Of a DNA stretch of 64,000 bases, positions 20,875 through 31,385 are shown piece after piece (position 1 is the first letter of the stretch; every line of letters begins with the position of its first letter). The notes beneath the pieces were generated by a model. That model was not told the origin of the DNA, did not search any database, and was given only the letters and a program-made list of their open reading frames with translations. This DNA comes from an uncultured Clostridia bacterium (GTDB lineage: Bacteria > Bacillota > Clostridia > TANB77 > CAG-508): contig CAUWEX010000002.1 of NCBI GenBank assembly GCA_963557965.1, positions 16,451 through 80,450 on the forward strand, given 5' to 3'. The translations under genes and the position numbers were made by a program.

Positions 20875-22041
20875 TCATTTACAAAAAGCTGTATCTGAAA
20901 GCATTAATCCTCCACAAGTATTTCCATTGTGATCTGTATTTCCATATTCTCCAAATGTAAATACCATAATAAATGGTGTATCACCTACAACTTTTTTTAC
21001 TTTATCTGCTACTTCTGAAATTCTATTATCAATTGCTAATCTTCTTCCTCCACAATGAATAAATAAATATGCTCCTGCTTCTCCTGGTAATTTTTCTTCT
21101 AATTCAATTGCTACCTTTTCTGCTCCATCTATTAATTCATCTACTGTTGCTTCCATTTGAATTATCGCAGTATTTTCGGCTAAGTTATTTCCTATATTCA
21201 TTGACAAATCTTCATTTGCAAACATTGGATGACGAATTGCAACTAAATCTCCTAATCTGTCTTTTACTCCTAATGGTGCTGTAATTGTTTCTGCTAAAAG
21301 ATTTGCTCCCATTAAATCTTTTACTTTCTTTCCTGTCCATTCTGCATATTTTTTAACAGCTGGAACTCCGTCTATTTCTACTAATGTTCTTTTTCCTTTA
21401 ATTTTTGTTATAATTCCTGCATTTTTTGTTTCATGATATTGACCTGAAAATACATTTTTGATTGGTGTATCTGTGTAGAAAAATGCTACTGCAACTCCAT
21501 CACTAAATACTTGGTCATTTGTATAAATGCTCCATTTTCCTTCTACAGTATTGTCTGCAGCACTTCCTCCTGAAAATGGTACTTCTCCAATTACATCTGC
21601 TATTCCTTTTACATATTCTTCTTCTTCAGCTGGTGAAGCTACCATATAATAATATGCTGGTGCTTTGTTTGTTCCAACTTTTGCCATTGCTTCTTTTGCT
21701 ACTTTTCTTGCTGTTTCTCTTGGGTCTTTTCCTCTTGGAGCTCCTGCAACTCCAACCGCCATATTAGGATCCCCTAATGCTAGTATTCCTGTAAATCCAT
21801 GTTCACTTGAGATAAATCCATCTGGTGTAACTATTCCCGCACTAGATGTACAACCTATAATTGGTGCTGTTCCTAATTCTTCCTTAGCTCCTTCTAGCAC
21901 TTTTTTCACATCACAATCTACTGATGTATATAAAAATGCTACTTTTGTTTGAACTAAATCAACTACCGCTTTTGCAGCAGTTTCCTTTCCTTGTGTATAA
22001 CTGTCTTCATTTGTACTCCATGCTACGTTTGATTTTAACAT
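20875..22041 (-). CDS. Hypothetical protein, possibly a FIST-type sensory-domain protein.
   Basis: It is 388 aa and soluble. The domain assignment is from memory of FIST N/C architecture only and is low certainty. Confidence 0.35.
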   Translation of the reverse strand: MLKSNVAWSTNEDSYTQGKETAAKAVVDLVQTKVAFLYTSVDCDVKKVLEGAKEELGTAPIIGCTSSAGIVTPDGFISSEHGFTGILALGDPNMAVGVAGAPRGKDPRETARKVAKEAMAKVGTNKAPAYYYMVASPAEEEEYVKGIADVIGEVPFSGGSAADNTVEGKWSIYTNDQVFSDGVAVAFFYTDTPIKNVFSGQYHETKNAGIITKIKGKRTLVEIDGVPAVKKYAEWTGKKVKDLMGANLLAETITAPLGVKDRLGDLVAIRHPMFANEDLSMNIGNNLAENTAIIQMEATVDELIDGAEKVAIELEEKLPGEAGAYLFIHCGGRRLAIDNRISEVADKVKKVVGDTPFIMVFTFGEYGNTDHNGNTCGGLMLSDTAFCK

Positions 22042-22176
22042 AATTACTCCTCCTTTGTAATTTAAATTCTAGTCATATTATATCAATAATATTATTTTTC
22101 TACAATCTAAGACACATAAACTTAACACAATTGTAATATAATTATAAAATGATTTTTTCCTCCGACCCCAAAATCA

Positions 22177-23322
22177 TTAATCTCCTAAATTTATTCCGAT
22201 ATTTCTTGCAGCTTTTACTAGGTCATCATCCATTGTAACTTTTCGTATATTACTTTCTTCTGTATTTCCAGAAACTGCCCCTATTTTTGTATTGTTTCCT
22301 ACAACATCATCTAAAGAAACACTATCTAACTTTCCATTTTTTAATACAGCTAATGTTCCAAATTTTCCTTCTAACGCAAGTTCCATAGCCTTAGTTCCAT
22401 ATTTTGTAGATAACACCCTATCAAATGCTGTTGGTGTTCCTCCTCTTTGCATATATCCTAATGTTGTATTTCTAGCCTCTAAACCTGTGATTTCTTGTAA
22501 TTGTTGTGCAACAACTTGCCCAATTCCTCCCAGTTTTGTATTATCAACCCCTGAGCCATTATCTCTTGTATTCATTACGGTAATATCTCCACCAATTGGT
22601 TTAGCTCCTTCTGCTACAACTACTACACTAAAATTTTTACCTCTTTTTTTTCTATTTTCTATTTTACTTGCAACTTTGTTTATATCATATGGAATTTCAG
22701 GAATTAAAGCTACATCAGCACCTCCTGCTATTGCTGATTCTAACGCTATCCAACCAGCATATCTTCCCATAACTTCTAACACCATTATTCTATGATGTGT
22801 TGCTCCTGTAGTGTGCAATCTGTCTAATGCTTCCATTGCAACAGATACCGCTGTATTATATCCAAATGTAATATCTGTACACGCTACATCATTATCTATT
22901 GTTTTTGGAACTCCTATTACATTTACTCCTTTTGTTGCAAAATCTCTAGCTGATTTTTGTGTTCCATCTCCTCCTAATGTAAATATACAGTCAAATCCGA
23001 AATCTTTAATATTTTGTATAGCTTGGTCTGATAAGTCTTTATATTCTACGCTACCATCTTCGTTTGTTACTTTATAATTAAATAAATTTGCATTAGTTGA
23101 AGAACCTATTATTGATCCACCTTTTGGTAAAATTCCTAAAGCTTCTCCACCTTCGGCTGTACTTAATAATTCAAATTCTTTCTTTATTAGCCCATTATAA
23201 CCATCTATAATTCCATAACATTCTACTCCATGATTTTCCGCTGTTTTTACGATTGCTCTAATTACAGCATTAAAACCTGATACATCTCCTCCATTTGCCA
23301 ATATTCCTACTTTTTTTAACAT
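22177..23322 (-). CDS. pfkA: 6-phosphofructokinase (long, about 380-aa PFK-A family member).
   Basis: Motifs GGDVSGFNAVIRA, LGGDGTQ, PKTIDNDV and MGRYAGWIAL are present. Confidence 0.8.
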   Translation of the reverse strand: MLKKVGILANGGDVSGFNAVIRAIVKTAENHGVECYGIIDGYNGLIKKEFELLSTAEGGEALGILPKGGSIIGSSTNANLFNYKVTNEDGSVEYKDLSDQAIQNIKDFGFDCIFTLGGDGTQKSARDFATKGVNVIGVPKTIDNDVACTDITFGYNTAVSVAMEALDRLHTTGATHHRIMVLEVMGRYAGWIALESAIAGGADVALIPEIPYDINKVASKIENRKKRGKNFSVVVVAEGAKPIGGDITVMNTRDNGSGVDNTKLGGIGQVVAQQLQEITGLEARNTTLGYMQRGGTPTAFDRVLSTKYGTKAMELALEGKFGTLAVLKNGKLDSVSLDDVVGNNTKIGAVSGNTEESNIRKVTMDDDLVKAARNIGINLGD

Positions 23323-23403
23323 AAAAAATCCTCCTTATAATGTTGTTTTATTACTCATATTATTATATCAATAATTTGTTTTTTTACAACACTTTTAGGA
23401 AGA

Positions 23404-23418
23404 TTTTTCTTCTATTTT
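23404..23418. promoter_or_regulatory. Perfect 15-bp palindrome TAGAACAATGTTCTA, about 25 bp upstream of the predicted pfk promoter (TTGTAA-16-TATAAT).
   Basis: Read directly. Its arms are GAAC/GTTC like a Cheo box, but the spacer is 3 nt rather than 4. Confidence 0.4.
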
Positions 23419-23422
23419 ATAT

Positions 23423-25453
23423 TTAGAACAATGTTCTAATTTTTTTAATTAAGTAATGGCTTCCACCATCTGAATTATCTTGTATATTTTCTACCATGCT
23501 AATTATTAGCATATCATTTCCGTCAGCTTTATCAATAGTAAAGCAATCAAACCATCCAAGAGTCCCACTTTCTGTATCCTCGCTAGACTTCTTTAATTCT
23601 GCTGTTCCTGTTTTTCCAGCGATTGTAGTTCCTTGTATTTTCATATCATTTGCTGTTCCCTCTTTGTTTTCTACAACTTGAATTAAATCATCTTTTATGA
23701 TATTCGCCGCTTCTTTAGAAAAAGCCTGTTCTTTATATATTTCGCCATTCTTGTTTTTGGCCTTTTCTTCATCATATATAATATATGGTTTGATCATATT
23801 TCCGTCATTTGCAAAAGCAGAATAAATTGATGCCATATGTATAGGGTTTACCAAAATACTTCCTTGCCCATATCCACTATCAGCTAATTTGGTTTCTCCT
23901 TCTATTTTTGTTCCATTATTATTGGCGTATTGGGATTTAGATAATGTTAGTGGAAATTCTAATTCTTCATTAAATCCTATTTTATCTAGGCTTTTTGCAA
24001 AAGTATCTGCACCTATTTTTAATGCTGATTTTGCAAAATATATATTATCTGAATACATCATTCCATTTCTTAAATTTTTCGCACCATTGTAAGCAGTTAA
24101 TGTGGTTATTTTGTAGTTACCCCATGAACTATCTTTTTGCCAACTTGTTCCTGTATAACCATAATCTTCATCAGCATTTATCTTTCCTGTACTTACTCCG
24201 ATTGCACCTGTAACCGCTTTAAACGTTGAACCAGGACAATATTTTTGGGTAAATCTATTATATAATGGCTTACTCGTATCATTATTTAATTTATTCCACT
24301 CATCTGTAGTTAATCCTACTACAAAATCATTCGAATTATATGTTGGTATACTTACTAATGATAGTAACTCTCCTGATTTTGGTTGCATAATAACAAATAC
24401 ACCTTTATCGTTTTTCATTTGCTCATATACTTGTTTTTGTAATTTACTATCTATAGTCAATTTAACATCTTGCCCATCTTTTTTGTCTTGTCTTGCAATC
24501 TGTGAAATTTTATTTCCATCACCATCTGCTATATAAATTTCAGAGCCATCTACTCCTCTTAAAGTTTCTTCAAATGCTTTCTCTAAACCTGATTTTCCTA
24601 TTACGCTTTTACTTGTATAACCTTTTCCTTGATTGTTTTCTAGTTCCTCTTTACTAATTGGTTGCACATATCCTATTAAATGTGCAGCTTCTTCTCCTAA
24701 TGTATATACTCTTCCGTCTTGTTTATTTATCATAACTCCTGGTATTTCTAGCAATTTTGACTTTAACTCATTATTACTATTAGAAATCTTTTTTATAGGT
24801 ACAAATGTATCATCTTTTACATATGAAGCATTTACATTATCATTTATATAATCAACTGATACTCCAGTTAGTTCGGAAATTTTATTAAATGTTTCTTTTT
24901 TGTTTTCTCCAAGTTTTCCTGGCACAACTCCCACTGACGCAATATTTCCATCTTGTGCCAAAACATTTCCATTTCTGTCTAATATACTTCCTCTATTGGC
25001 CTTTAAAGTTGAGACTCTAACTTTTTCATCTTCTTGTAAATGCGGGAATATCAAATTAGATGACCACTTTATTTTATATTCTTTGTTTTCTTTAGATACT
25101 ATTGCAGAATTGTCAAAACTAACTTCTCCCGCTGATGTAACCATTTTTTCATTATATGAAATTTGATATCCACTGTCTACTTTATCTACATTTAAAACTT
25201 CAATTTTTACGTTCTCTGCATCAATACCTTCATATATATTTTTATTACGATTTATAAAATCTTCTTTTGACATATTCATAGATAATACTTTATCATACAT
25301 TTCTTCATATTTTTCATCATTTATATAAGAAAAATATGTTCTTACACTTTCTATTGCTTGTTGTTTGTCTGCATTATTTATTAAAATACTTGTAACTATT
25401 GTCGCCACAATTAATATTACTACGACTAAAATTATTATTACTTTTTTCTTCAT
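23423..25453 (-). CDS. Class B penicillin-binding protein (transpeptidase) with an N-terminal membrane anchor and a MecA_N/NTF2-like domain.
   Basis: SGSTFK (…CPGSTFKAVTGAIG…), SDN (…YSDNIYF…) and KTGT (…AGKTGTAE…) motifs are present. It is 676 aa. Confidence 0.85.
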   Translation of the reverse strand: MKKKVIIILVVVILIVATIVTSILINNADKQQAIESVRTYFSYINDEKYEEMYDKVLSMNMSKEDFINRNKNIYEGIDAENVKIEVLNVDKVDSGYQISYNEKMVTSAGEVSFDNSAIVSKENKEYKIKWSSNLIFPHLQEDEKVRVSTLKANRGSILDRNGNVLAQDGNIASVGVVPGKLGENKKETFNKISELTGVSVDYINDNVNASYVKDDTFVPIKKISNSNNELKSKLLEIPGVMINKQDGRVYTLGEEAAHLIGYVQPISKEELENNQGKGYTSKSVIGKSGLEKAFEETLRGVDGSEIYIADGDGNKISQIARQDKKDGQDVKLTIDSKLQKQVYEQMKNDKGVFVIMQPKSGELLSLVSIPTYNSNDFVVGLTTDEWNKLNNDTSKPLYNRFTQKYCPGSTFKAVTGAIGVSTGKINADEDYGYTGTSWQKDSSWGNYKITTLTAYNGAKNLRNGMMYSDNIYFAKSALKIGADTFAKSLDKIGFNEELEFPLTLSKSQYANNNGTKIEGETKLADSGYGQGSILVNPIHMASIYSAFANDGNMIKPYIIYDEEKAKNKNGEIYKEQAFSKEAANIIKDDLIQVVENKEGTANDMKIQGTTIAGKTGTAELKKSSEDTESGTLGWFDCFTIDKADGNDMLIISMVENIQDNSDGGSHYLIKKIRTLF

Positions 25454-25482
25454 AACATCTCATCCTTTTATTTTTATATTTT

Positions 25483-26547
25483 TTAGTTCTCTTTTTCTTT
25501 TAAACTTGGTCCTAAATATTTTAATGTCTCAATCAATATTCTTTTGCTATCAGGATCTAAATTTTTATATGTAGATACCATCGTTTTTGCATTTGTGAAC
25601 CATTTACTACTTATTTCAGATAAAGTTTTTGCCTTAGTGGCATTTAATATTTCAAACAATACTTCAAAAAACTCACTTCGCTGTTCGGGGCTAACTTCTC
25701 GTAACCAGTTTGATATTTTTTTATCAATAAATTTGCTTGAATTCGTCAACTTAGCTTTTATAAATTTATCTCCTAAAACTTCCCACGAATATAAGTCATG
25801 TTGCATTATTCCAACTTCAGTACTTTTAATTATCGTAGTTTTCTCTTTATGATTTAAAAGCCTTCCAATGATTGAAGTTTGTGGAATATATGTATGTACT
25901 TTAGCTATTATATTGTTGTACTCTTCACTCTCTACAATTTTATCAGAAAATCCTGGACCATCATTATTATATACAGATATTATTCTATCTTGAATTTGTT
26001 TTTCTACAAATGCAGATGCATATATCGCCAAATTTCCTCCTTTTGAATGGCCTCCTACAATAATTTTTTTCTTAGGATATTTTTTTGCAATTTTTTCTAA
26101 ATATTTAACCGCATCTATCTGAGATGCAACTAAATCGCTAAAGCTCATATTAAAATCTTCTTTCCATCCAACTATCGTGTTGTCAGTTCCTCTATATGCC
26201 ACATAGATTGTATCATCTGGAATTAATATTGTTACTGCTGAAAATTGTTTTTCTATTACAGGGTCTATATTATTTATGAATTCTGTCAATTTTAAATCTC
26301 CAAATCTTTTACTATTAGCTAGTACAGGATATAACTTCTCATCATCTGCCATTAGCATTTTCCCTGATAAGTTCGATTTTTTTGCTATTTCATACGTTTC
26401 TTTCACTGTTACTTCTTCATCATTTTTAATTGTTCCATCTAACGGAAAATATGATAAGCGACATAATATAAGGCTATCTATCTCATTAAACTCCACTTGT
26501 TCAATAGCTATATCTCTCCACTCCATATAATCAAAAATATTTGCCAT
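25483..26547 (-). CDS. Alpha/beta hydrolase of the Mbeg1-like/DUF2974 type (lipase-like).
   Basis: It has the GHSKGG nucleophile elbow (…IIVGGHSKGGNLAIYASA…). Confidence 0.55.
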   Translation of the reverse strand: MANIFDYMEWRDIAIEQVEFNEIDSLILCRLSYFPLDGTIKNDEEVTVKETYEIAKKSNLSGKMLMADDEKLYPVLANSKRFGDLKLTEFINNIDPVIEKQFSAVTILIPDDTIYVAYRGTDNTIVGWKEDFNMSFSDLVASQIDAVKYLEKIAKKYPKKKIIVGGHSKGGNLAIYASAFVEKQIQDRIISVYNNDGPGFSDKIVESEEYNNIIAKVHTYIPQTSIIGRLLNHKEKTTIIKSTEVGIMQHDLYSWEVLGDKFIKAKLTNSSKFIDKKISNWLREVSPEQRSEFFEVLFEILNATKAKTLSEISSKWFTNAKTMVSTYKNLDPDSKRILIETLKYLGPSLKEKEN

Positions 26548-26563
26548 AGAGTTCCCTTCTTTC

Positions 26564-27451
26564 TTACAATTTATTAATAAAATCTACTATTTCTTCTGCC
26601 AATTTTTCTTCTTTTCCTTCGTAGCTATGGTTTGCTCCATCAATATAATTTATATCTTTAATAGGGTTTTCTAAAATATTACTAACCATTACTGATAATT
26701 CATTTGCATCTTGCAAAATCATTTCATTATCATTTCCCCACCTCATAAATAAAGGCACTTTTATATTATTTAATTTTTCTAATTGATTATCTCTTCCAAA
26801 TTGTGCAAAGTTTATTTTTTGATTATCTCGTGCATATCTTAAAAAAGTTTTAACACTAATAGGATGAATAAAAGCCTCTTGTGGCATCATTTCGTAAAGC
26901 TTACCACTTTTTTCTTTTTCTTCTGCATATTCTAAATATTTTTTATAATTTTCTCTTAAGTATACTTTTACAGCCATTGGTACATCTACTAAAGACAATA
27001 GTATAACACCTTTTATCATATTTAGAATTTCCATCTCGTTTTCTTCAAGTAATTCATTATATGTATATACTATTTTTGTACATCCTAAACTATGTCCTTG
27101 TAAATATATTTTTTCGTATCCTAACTCTTTTAGTTTAATTATAGCTCCAACAATATCGTCGTAACTTTCTAACACATCTTCATACGACATTCCGCCAATT
27201 TCTGTTTTTGAATTTTCATCAGAAGCTTTTTTTATATATTTTACTAGTTCGCTTCCTCTATTATTAAAAGTAAAAAAATCTATTCCACTTTCATTTGCCT
27301 TTACTGGAATTTTAATATCCCTTTCATTAAAGCAATTACTGCTCATCCCATGTACTGACATGATAATTTTTTTATCGATATTATTTTTGGATTTATATAA
27401 TAAACCATTTAATTTAACACCATCTGTTGCTAAAAAATTAATTAATTCCAT
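26564..27451 (-). CDS. Alpha/beta hydrolase / esterase.
   Basis: It has a GHSLG nucleophile motif (…YLQGHSLGCTKIV…). Confidence 0.55.
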   Translation of the reverse strand: MELINFLATDGVKLNGLLYKSKNNIDKKIIMSVHGMSSNCFNERDIKIPVKANESGIDFFTFNNRGSELVKYIKKASDENSKTEIGGMSYEDVLESYDDIVGAIIKLKELGYEKIYLQGHSLGCTKIVYTYNELLEENEMEILNMIKGVILLSLVDVPMAVKVYLRENYKKYLEYAEEKEKSGKLYEMMPQEAFIHPISVKTFLRYARDNQKINFAQFGRDNQLEKLNNIKVPLFMRWGNDNEMILQDANELSVMVSNILENPIKDINYIDGANHSYEGKEEKLAEEIVDFINKL

Positions 27452-27522
27452 TGTATCCCTTCCTTTTTTTCTACATTATACACTTGTAAATTTTAATTGT
27501 AAATTATTTTTTCGAAAATGAT

Positions 27523-27550
27523 TGTAATTTTATATCACTTCTTGTATAAT
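27523..27550 (+). promoter_or_regulatory. Sigma-A promoter for the + strand membrane protein (-35 TTGTAA at 27523-27528, 16-nt spacer, extended -10 TGTATAAT at 27543-27550).
   Basis: Read directly. A tandem 'ttgtaaatt' repeat lies just upstream. Confidence 0.5.
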
Positions 27551-27576
27551 TGGCACGTAAGGAGTTGATTTGGTAT

Positions 27577-28377
27577 ATGATGAAAAAAATAAAAGAATTT
27601 TACAAAACCGAGAGTAAAGCAACTTTAGTAGTTTACATTGTTTTACGAGCTTTAGTTATTGCTTGTTTAATTTTAGAAACACTTAGAGGAAATTGGGGTA
27701 ATGCCTGTTTATGTGTTTTAACACTTATATTATATTTAATACCATATTATATTGATACTAAATTAAAAATTGATTTGCCAAGTGTTTTAGATATTTTGAT
27801 TTTTCTATTTATATTCTCAGCAGAAATTTTAGGCGAAATACAAAATTTCTATGGAGTTTTCAAACATTGGGATACCATATTACACACTATTAACGGATTT
27901 TTATGTGCCGCAATTGGCTTTTCATTAATCGATATTTTAAATAGAAGTGATAAAGTAAAAATTAATCTTTCTCCTATATTTGTTGCAGTCGTTGCTTTTT
28001 GCTTTTCTATGACTGTTGGCGTTTTATGGGAATTCTTTGAATTTGGAATGGATACATATTTTAGAACAGATATGCAAAAAGATAGAGTTTTACAGTCTAT
28101 TTCTTCTGTTGAATTAAATCCTAAACATGAAAATGTTCCTATTATTTTAAATAACATTGACCAATCTACTATTTACTATCATAATAAAGATGGTGAATTA
28201 GTTTCTCAAATTATTGATGGTGGTTATTTAGATTTAGGAATAATCGATACAATGAAAGATCTTTTAGTTAATTTTATTGGAGCTGTAGTATTCTCTATTT
28301 TCGGATTTTTATATATAAAAAATAGAGATCAATATCATTTTGTAGGACATTTTATTCCTCGAAAAAAAAGAGCTTAA
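27577..28377 (+). CDS. Polytopic integral membrane protein of unknown function. It is the only convincing + strand gene in the window.
   Basis: It has multiple TM helices. The ORF-track start (TTG at 27550) overlaps the -10 box. ATG at 27577 with an AAGGAG RBS (27559-27564) is more likely. Confidence 0.6.
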   Translation: MMKKIKEFYKTESKATLVVYIVLRALVIACLILETLRGNWGNACLCVLTLILYLIPYYIDTKLKIDLPSVLDILIFLFIFSAEILGEIQNFYGVFKHWDTILHTINGFLCAAIGFSLIDILNRSDKVKINLSPIFVAVVAFCFSMTVGVLWEFFEFGMDTYFRTDMQKDRVLQSISSVELNPKHENVPIILNNIDQSTIYYHNKDGELVSQIIDGGYLDLGIIDTMKDLLVNFIGAVVFSIFGFLYIKNRDQYHFVGHFIPRKKRA

Positions 28378-28440
28378 ATAATCGGAAAGCCATTAAATTA
28401 GCTTAATTTTAATTTTGCTTTTAGACTTTCCTAATATATA

Positions 28441-28502
28441 AAAAATAGCGACTGGTTAAAAATATTGATATTAATATCTTTAACCAGCCGCTATTTTTGA
28501 AG
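28441..28502. terminator. Bidirectional rho-independent terminator shared by the convergent + strand gene and rnpB.
   Basis: There is a 15-17-bp inverted repeat (AATAGCGACTGGTTAAA … TTTAACCAGCCGCTATT), flanked by AAAAA on one side and TTTTT on the other. Confidence 0.75.
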
Positions 28503-28840
28503 TAAATCTGTAAGCCGGGTTCTGTCATTTAAAATAGTCATTTATCTAGGATAGATATCACTACCTATCTCAAGCCACGCAAATCAAGAAGGCACCGAGC
28601 AGGTTTAATCTTCTTTACAAGGTGTTGCTCCAGATGGGGTTTACACTGACCCACTATGTCGCCATAGTAGCGGTGAGCTCTTACCTCACCTTTTCATCCT
28701 TACCGCAAAAGCGGCGGTTATTTTCTGTTGCACTTTCCTTAAGGTTACCCTCACTAGACGTTATCTAGCATCTTTGCTCTATGGAGCCCGGACTTTCCTC
28801 TCGTAATTTCTTTCGAAATTTACCAGCGACTATTTAACTT
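28498..28840 (-). ncRNA. rnpB: RNase P RNA (bacterial type B, Firmicutes).
   Basis: It is the only GC-rich island in the window. On the minus strand it has the universally conserved P4 strands GGAAAGUCCGGGCUCC (rc of 28784-28798) and ACAGAACCCGGCUUACAG (rc of 28507-28525). The ends are approximate. Confidence 0.85.
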
Positions 28841-28859
28841 ACTTGCAATATGGATTATA

Positions 28860-29789
28860 TCACAAATCATTCATTTCTTCTAGTATATTTTTATATTTTA
28901 TCAAAAAAACATTCGTATCTTGAACATTAACTGCATTTTGCAACTCATTTATCATAATATATAATTTATTTATTGTATATTGTTTACTTTTTTCTATATT
29001 AGTATCTGTTAATAATTTTGTAAAACTCTCAATCATTTTATTTATATCTTTTGAAATTTCTTGCCAATTTTTACTATCTAATTTGCTATACCCTTTAAAC
29101 AAATTCAATTTTGTTTCTATTACTGCTTTTTCTAATTCATCTTCACTTGCCTTATTCATAAACTTCGAAACACTTTCATATAACAAAGTCAATCTATTTA
29201 ATACTCCTTCTTTATTTTCATTTTGAACCTCCATCGTTAGCATATCCATTTCGCTATTAAATTTCAATATATCTTCTTTTTCTACTTGAATTTGATATAA
29301 ATCAAGAGTTATTGTCGGAATTGATGAATATAAAATTTCTACTTCATTCTTTACATGCTCCCAATCTATTTCTTGGTTTCTTGTTAGCACTCCTGTTTCT
29401 TTCAAAGTAAATTTTTCACTCTGGCTATCCTCTGAATTACTATTACTTGTTTTTTCTCCTGACGAATTTTCTTCCTCTGTTTTTTTCTTTGTTTCACTTT
29501 CCTCTCCAACTTTTTTTCCTTCTGCTTCTTGAGAGGATTGAGCATTATTTTTATCTGATGGTAATTTTGCAATTTCTGTAACAGATACGTTATAATTTCT
29601 AATTTCTATATTATTCATTTCATTAAATAAATTAACTAGTTTTATTTCCAAAAACTCTACTTCTGATAAACTTTTTTCTTGTGCGGATTTGCTTTTATTC
29701 GATGAGCTTATTGTTTTATACGTAAAAATTCCCAAAGCAATAATTATTATCGCCAAACATATGAATGCAATAGTTTTGTGCTTTTTCAA
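28860..29789 (-). CDS. Hypothetical membrane-anchored Glu/Lys/Ser-rich protein.
   Basis: It has an N-terminal TM segment (…AFICLAIIIIALGIFTY…) and a charged low-complexity region. No motif was recognised. Confidence 0.5.
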   Translation of the reverse strand: MKKHKTIAFICLAIIIIALGIFTYKTISSSNKSKSAQEKSLSEVEFLEIKLVNLFNEMNNIEIRNYNVSVTEIAKLPSDKNNAQSSQEAEGKKVGEESETKKKTEEENSSGEKTSNSNSEDSQSEKFTLKETGVLTRNQEIDWEHVKNEVEILYSSIPTITLDLYQIQVEKEDILKFNSEMDMLTMEVQNENKEGVLNRLTLLYESVSKFMNKASEDELEKAVIETKLNLFKGYSKLDSKNWQEISKDINKMIESFTKLLTDTNIEKSKQYTINKLYIMINELQNAVNVQDTNVFLIKYKNILEEMNDL

Positions 29790-29917
29790 TTATTATACCC
29801 TCCATTTATTTTCTAATATTTACATTTTTATTTTATCTTATCTTTAGTATAAATCTTTATATATTTTTTATACTAATATTAATTAATAAAATATTGAAAG
29901 GAATAATTTGTATTAAT

Positions 29918-30199
29918 ATGTGTGCATCTGTTAGCTTATATAGTACTAAAAAAGGTGAATTAGATAAATTTTTAAGTCTTTTTTATGATACTAATTTAAA
30001 TATTTATAATTCTTTTAAATGGGAAAAAAAATACGCCAACCCAGTAGAGTTGGCTGAAATAATTGGTATATATATTGATAATTCTGATTTATACAATCTT
30101 CAAATGTGGATATGTATCGATAAAGATATTTTTATAAGTATTAGTGAAACAAACGCTAATGATATTATAAAATATCTTTATGAACGATTTCCTTATTAA
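29918..30199 (+). CDS. Hypothetical small protein (about 93 aa).
   Basis: It is an ORF convergent with dtd, with back-to-back stops (ttaattaa). The ATG at 29918 is preferred over the TTG at 29894. Confidence 0.35.
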   Translation: MCASVSLYSTKKGELDKFLSLFYDTNLNIYNSFKWEKKYANPVELAEIIGIYIDNSDLYNLQMWICIDKDIFISISETNANDIIKYLYERFPY

Positions 30200-30637
30200 T
30201 TATTTTTCTATTATAATTGTTACTGGCCCATCATTTAATAGACTAACTTTCATGTCTGCACCAAAAATTCCTTTTTCTACTTTGATATTATTTTCAGCAC
30301 ATTGATTGCAAAAGTATTCATATAATTCTTCTGCTACTTGTGGTTTTGCCGCATTTACAAATGATGGTCTATTTCCACTTGTACAGTCTGCATATAATGT
30401 AAATTGTGATACAATTAATAATTCTCCATTTACATCTTTTAATGCTAAATTCATTTTCTCATTTTCATCTTTGAACACTCTTAAATTGCATAATTTTTTT
30501 ACTAAATAATCCGCATTCTCTTTTGTATCATTATGTGTTACTCCTAATAATACTAAAAATCCCTGATTTATCTTTCCTACTATTTTATTTTCAACTTCTA
30601 CTTGAGCATTTTTTACTCTTTGTACTACAATTTTCAT
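30200..30637 (-). CDS. dtd: D-aminoacyl-tRNA deacylase.
   Basis: It is 145 aa, with MKIVVQRV…GFLVLLGV…MNL…LIVSQFTL…SGNRPSF…[16 protein letters not shown] conserved with Dtd. Confidence 0.9.
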   Translation of the reverse strand: MKIVVQRVKNAQVEVENKIVGKINQGFLVLLGVTHNDTKENADYLVKKLCNLRVFKDENEKMNLALKDVNGELLIVSQFTLYADCTSGNRPSFVNAAKPQVAEELYEYFCNQCAENNIKVEKGIFGADMKVSLLNDGPVTIIIEK

Positions 30638-30648
30638 TATATTTTTTC

Positions 30649-31278
30649 CTATTCTTCTATATCTTTTTTGGCTTCTTCAACTTCGCTTACATCTTCTGAT
30701 GTTTCTACATTTGATTCTATTTCTACTGTTTTTTCTAAATTAGATTTTTCGTTCTCTATTTCCTCGCTTGCTGTGTCTTTATTTTCTATAGTTTCCTTAT
30801 TTTCTTCTACTTCAGAAGTTTCTGCGCTTTCTATATTCTCATTCTCTACTTCTTCTTGTTCTTTTTCTTCATCAACAACTTCTGGTACTAAAACAATTTC
30901 TTCTTGTTTTTCTCCGCAATGAGGGCAAAATTTTGCTTTTTTGTCCATTTCTGTAAAACATTTTTGGCATTGTTTTTTATCATTTAATTCTAAACATTGT
31001 TTCAAAAGATTTTCTATTTCATCACTTAGAACATCTATTTTTAAGCATTTTTCTTCTATTTCCTTGCATAAGTCTTTTGCACATTTTTCTCCATTAGCTT
31101 TCCTTGTATGTTTTTCATATGCTTTTTTCCCTATTTCTTCATATATCTCATTAATTTCTGATTTTAGCTCACTAATTTTTAGTTTTAGCTTTGTTTCCTT
31201 TGCTAACTTTCCTGTTTTATCAGCTGTTATTTTGTAGGCCTCTGAAGCTTTTTTTGTTAATTTATCAAAAAATTCCAT
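30649..31278 (-). CDS. Zinc-ribbon domain protein with an acidic C-terminal tail.
   Basis: It has CQKCFTEM…CPHCGEKQ (CxxC…CxxC) and a Glu-rich C-terminus. Confidence 0.5.
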   Translation of the reverse strand: MEFFDKLTKKASEAYKITADKTGKLAKETKLKLKISELKSEINEIYEEIGKKAYEKHTRKANGEKCAKDLCKEIEEKCLKIDVLSDEIENLLKQCLELNDKKQCQKCFTEMDKKAKFCPHCGEKQEEIVLVPEVVDEEKEQEEVENENIESAETSEVEENKETIENKDTASEEIENEKSNLEKTVEIESNVETSEDVSEVEEAKKDIEE

Positions 31279-31385
31279 ATTACTTCTCCCTTTCTTTTTT
31301 CATATTATTTACAATATTTCAAAATTTATTACATTTATATATTATGTTTTTATGATAAAATTTTTACATATGCAAAAATAATTTT

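Noticed and set aside
23404-23418. TAGAACAATGTTCTA as a LexA (Cheo) box.
   Set aside because: The half-site spacing is N3, not the N4 of CGAACRNRYGTTCG. It is kept only as an unexplained palindrome.
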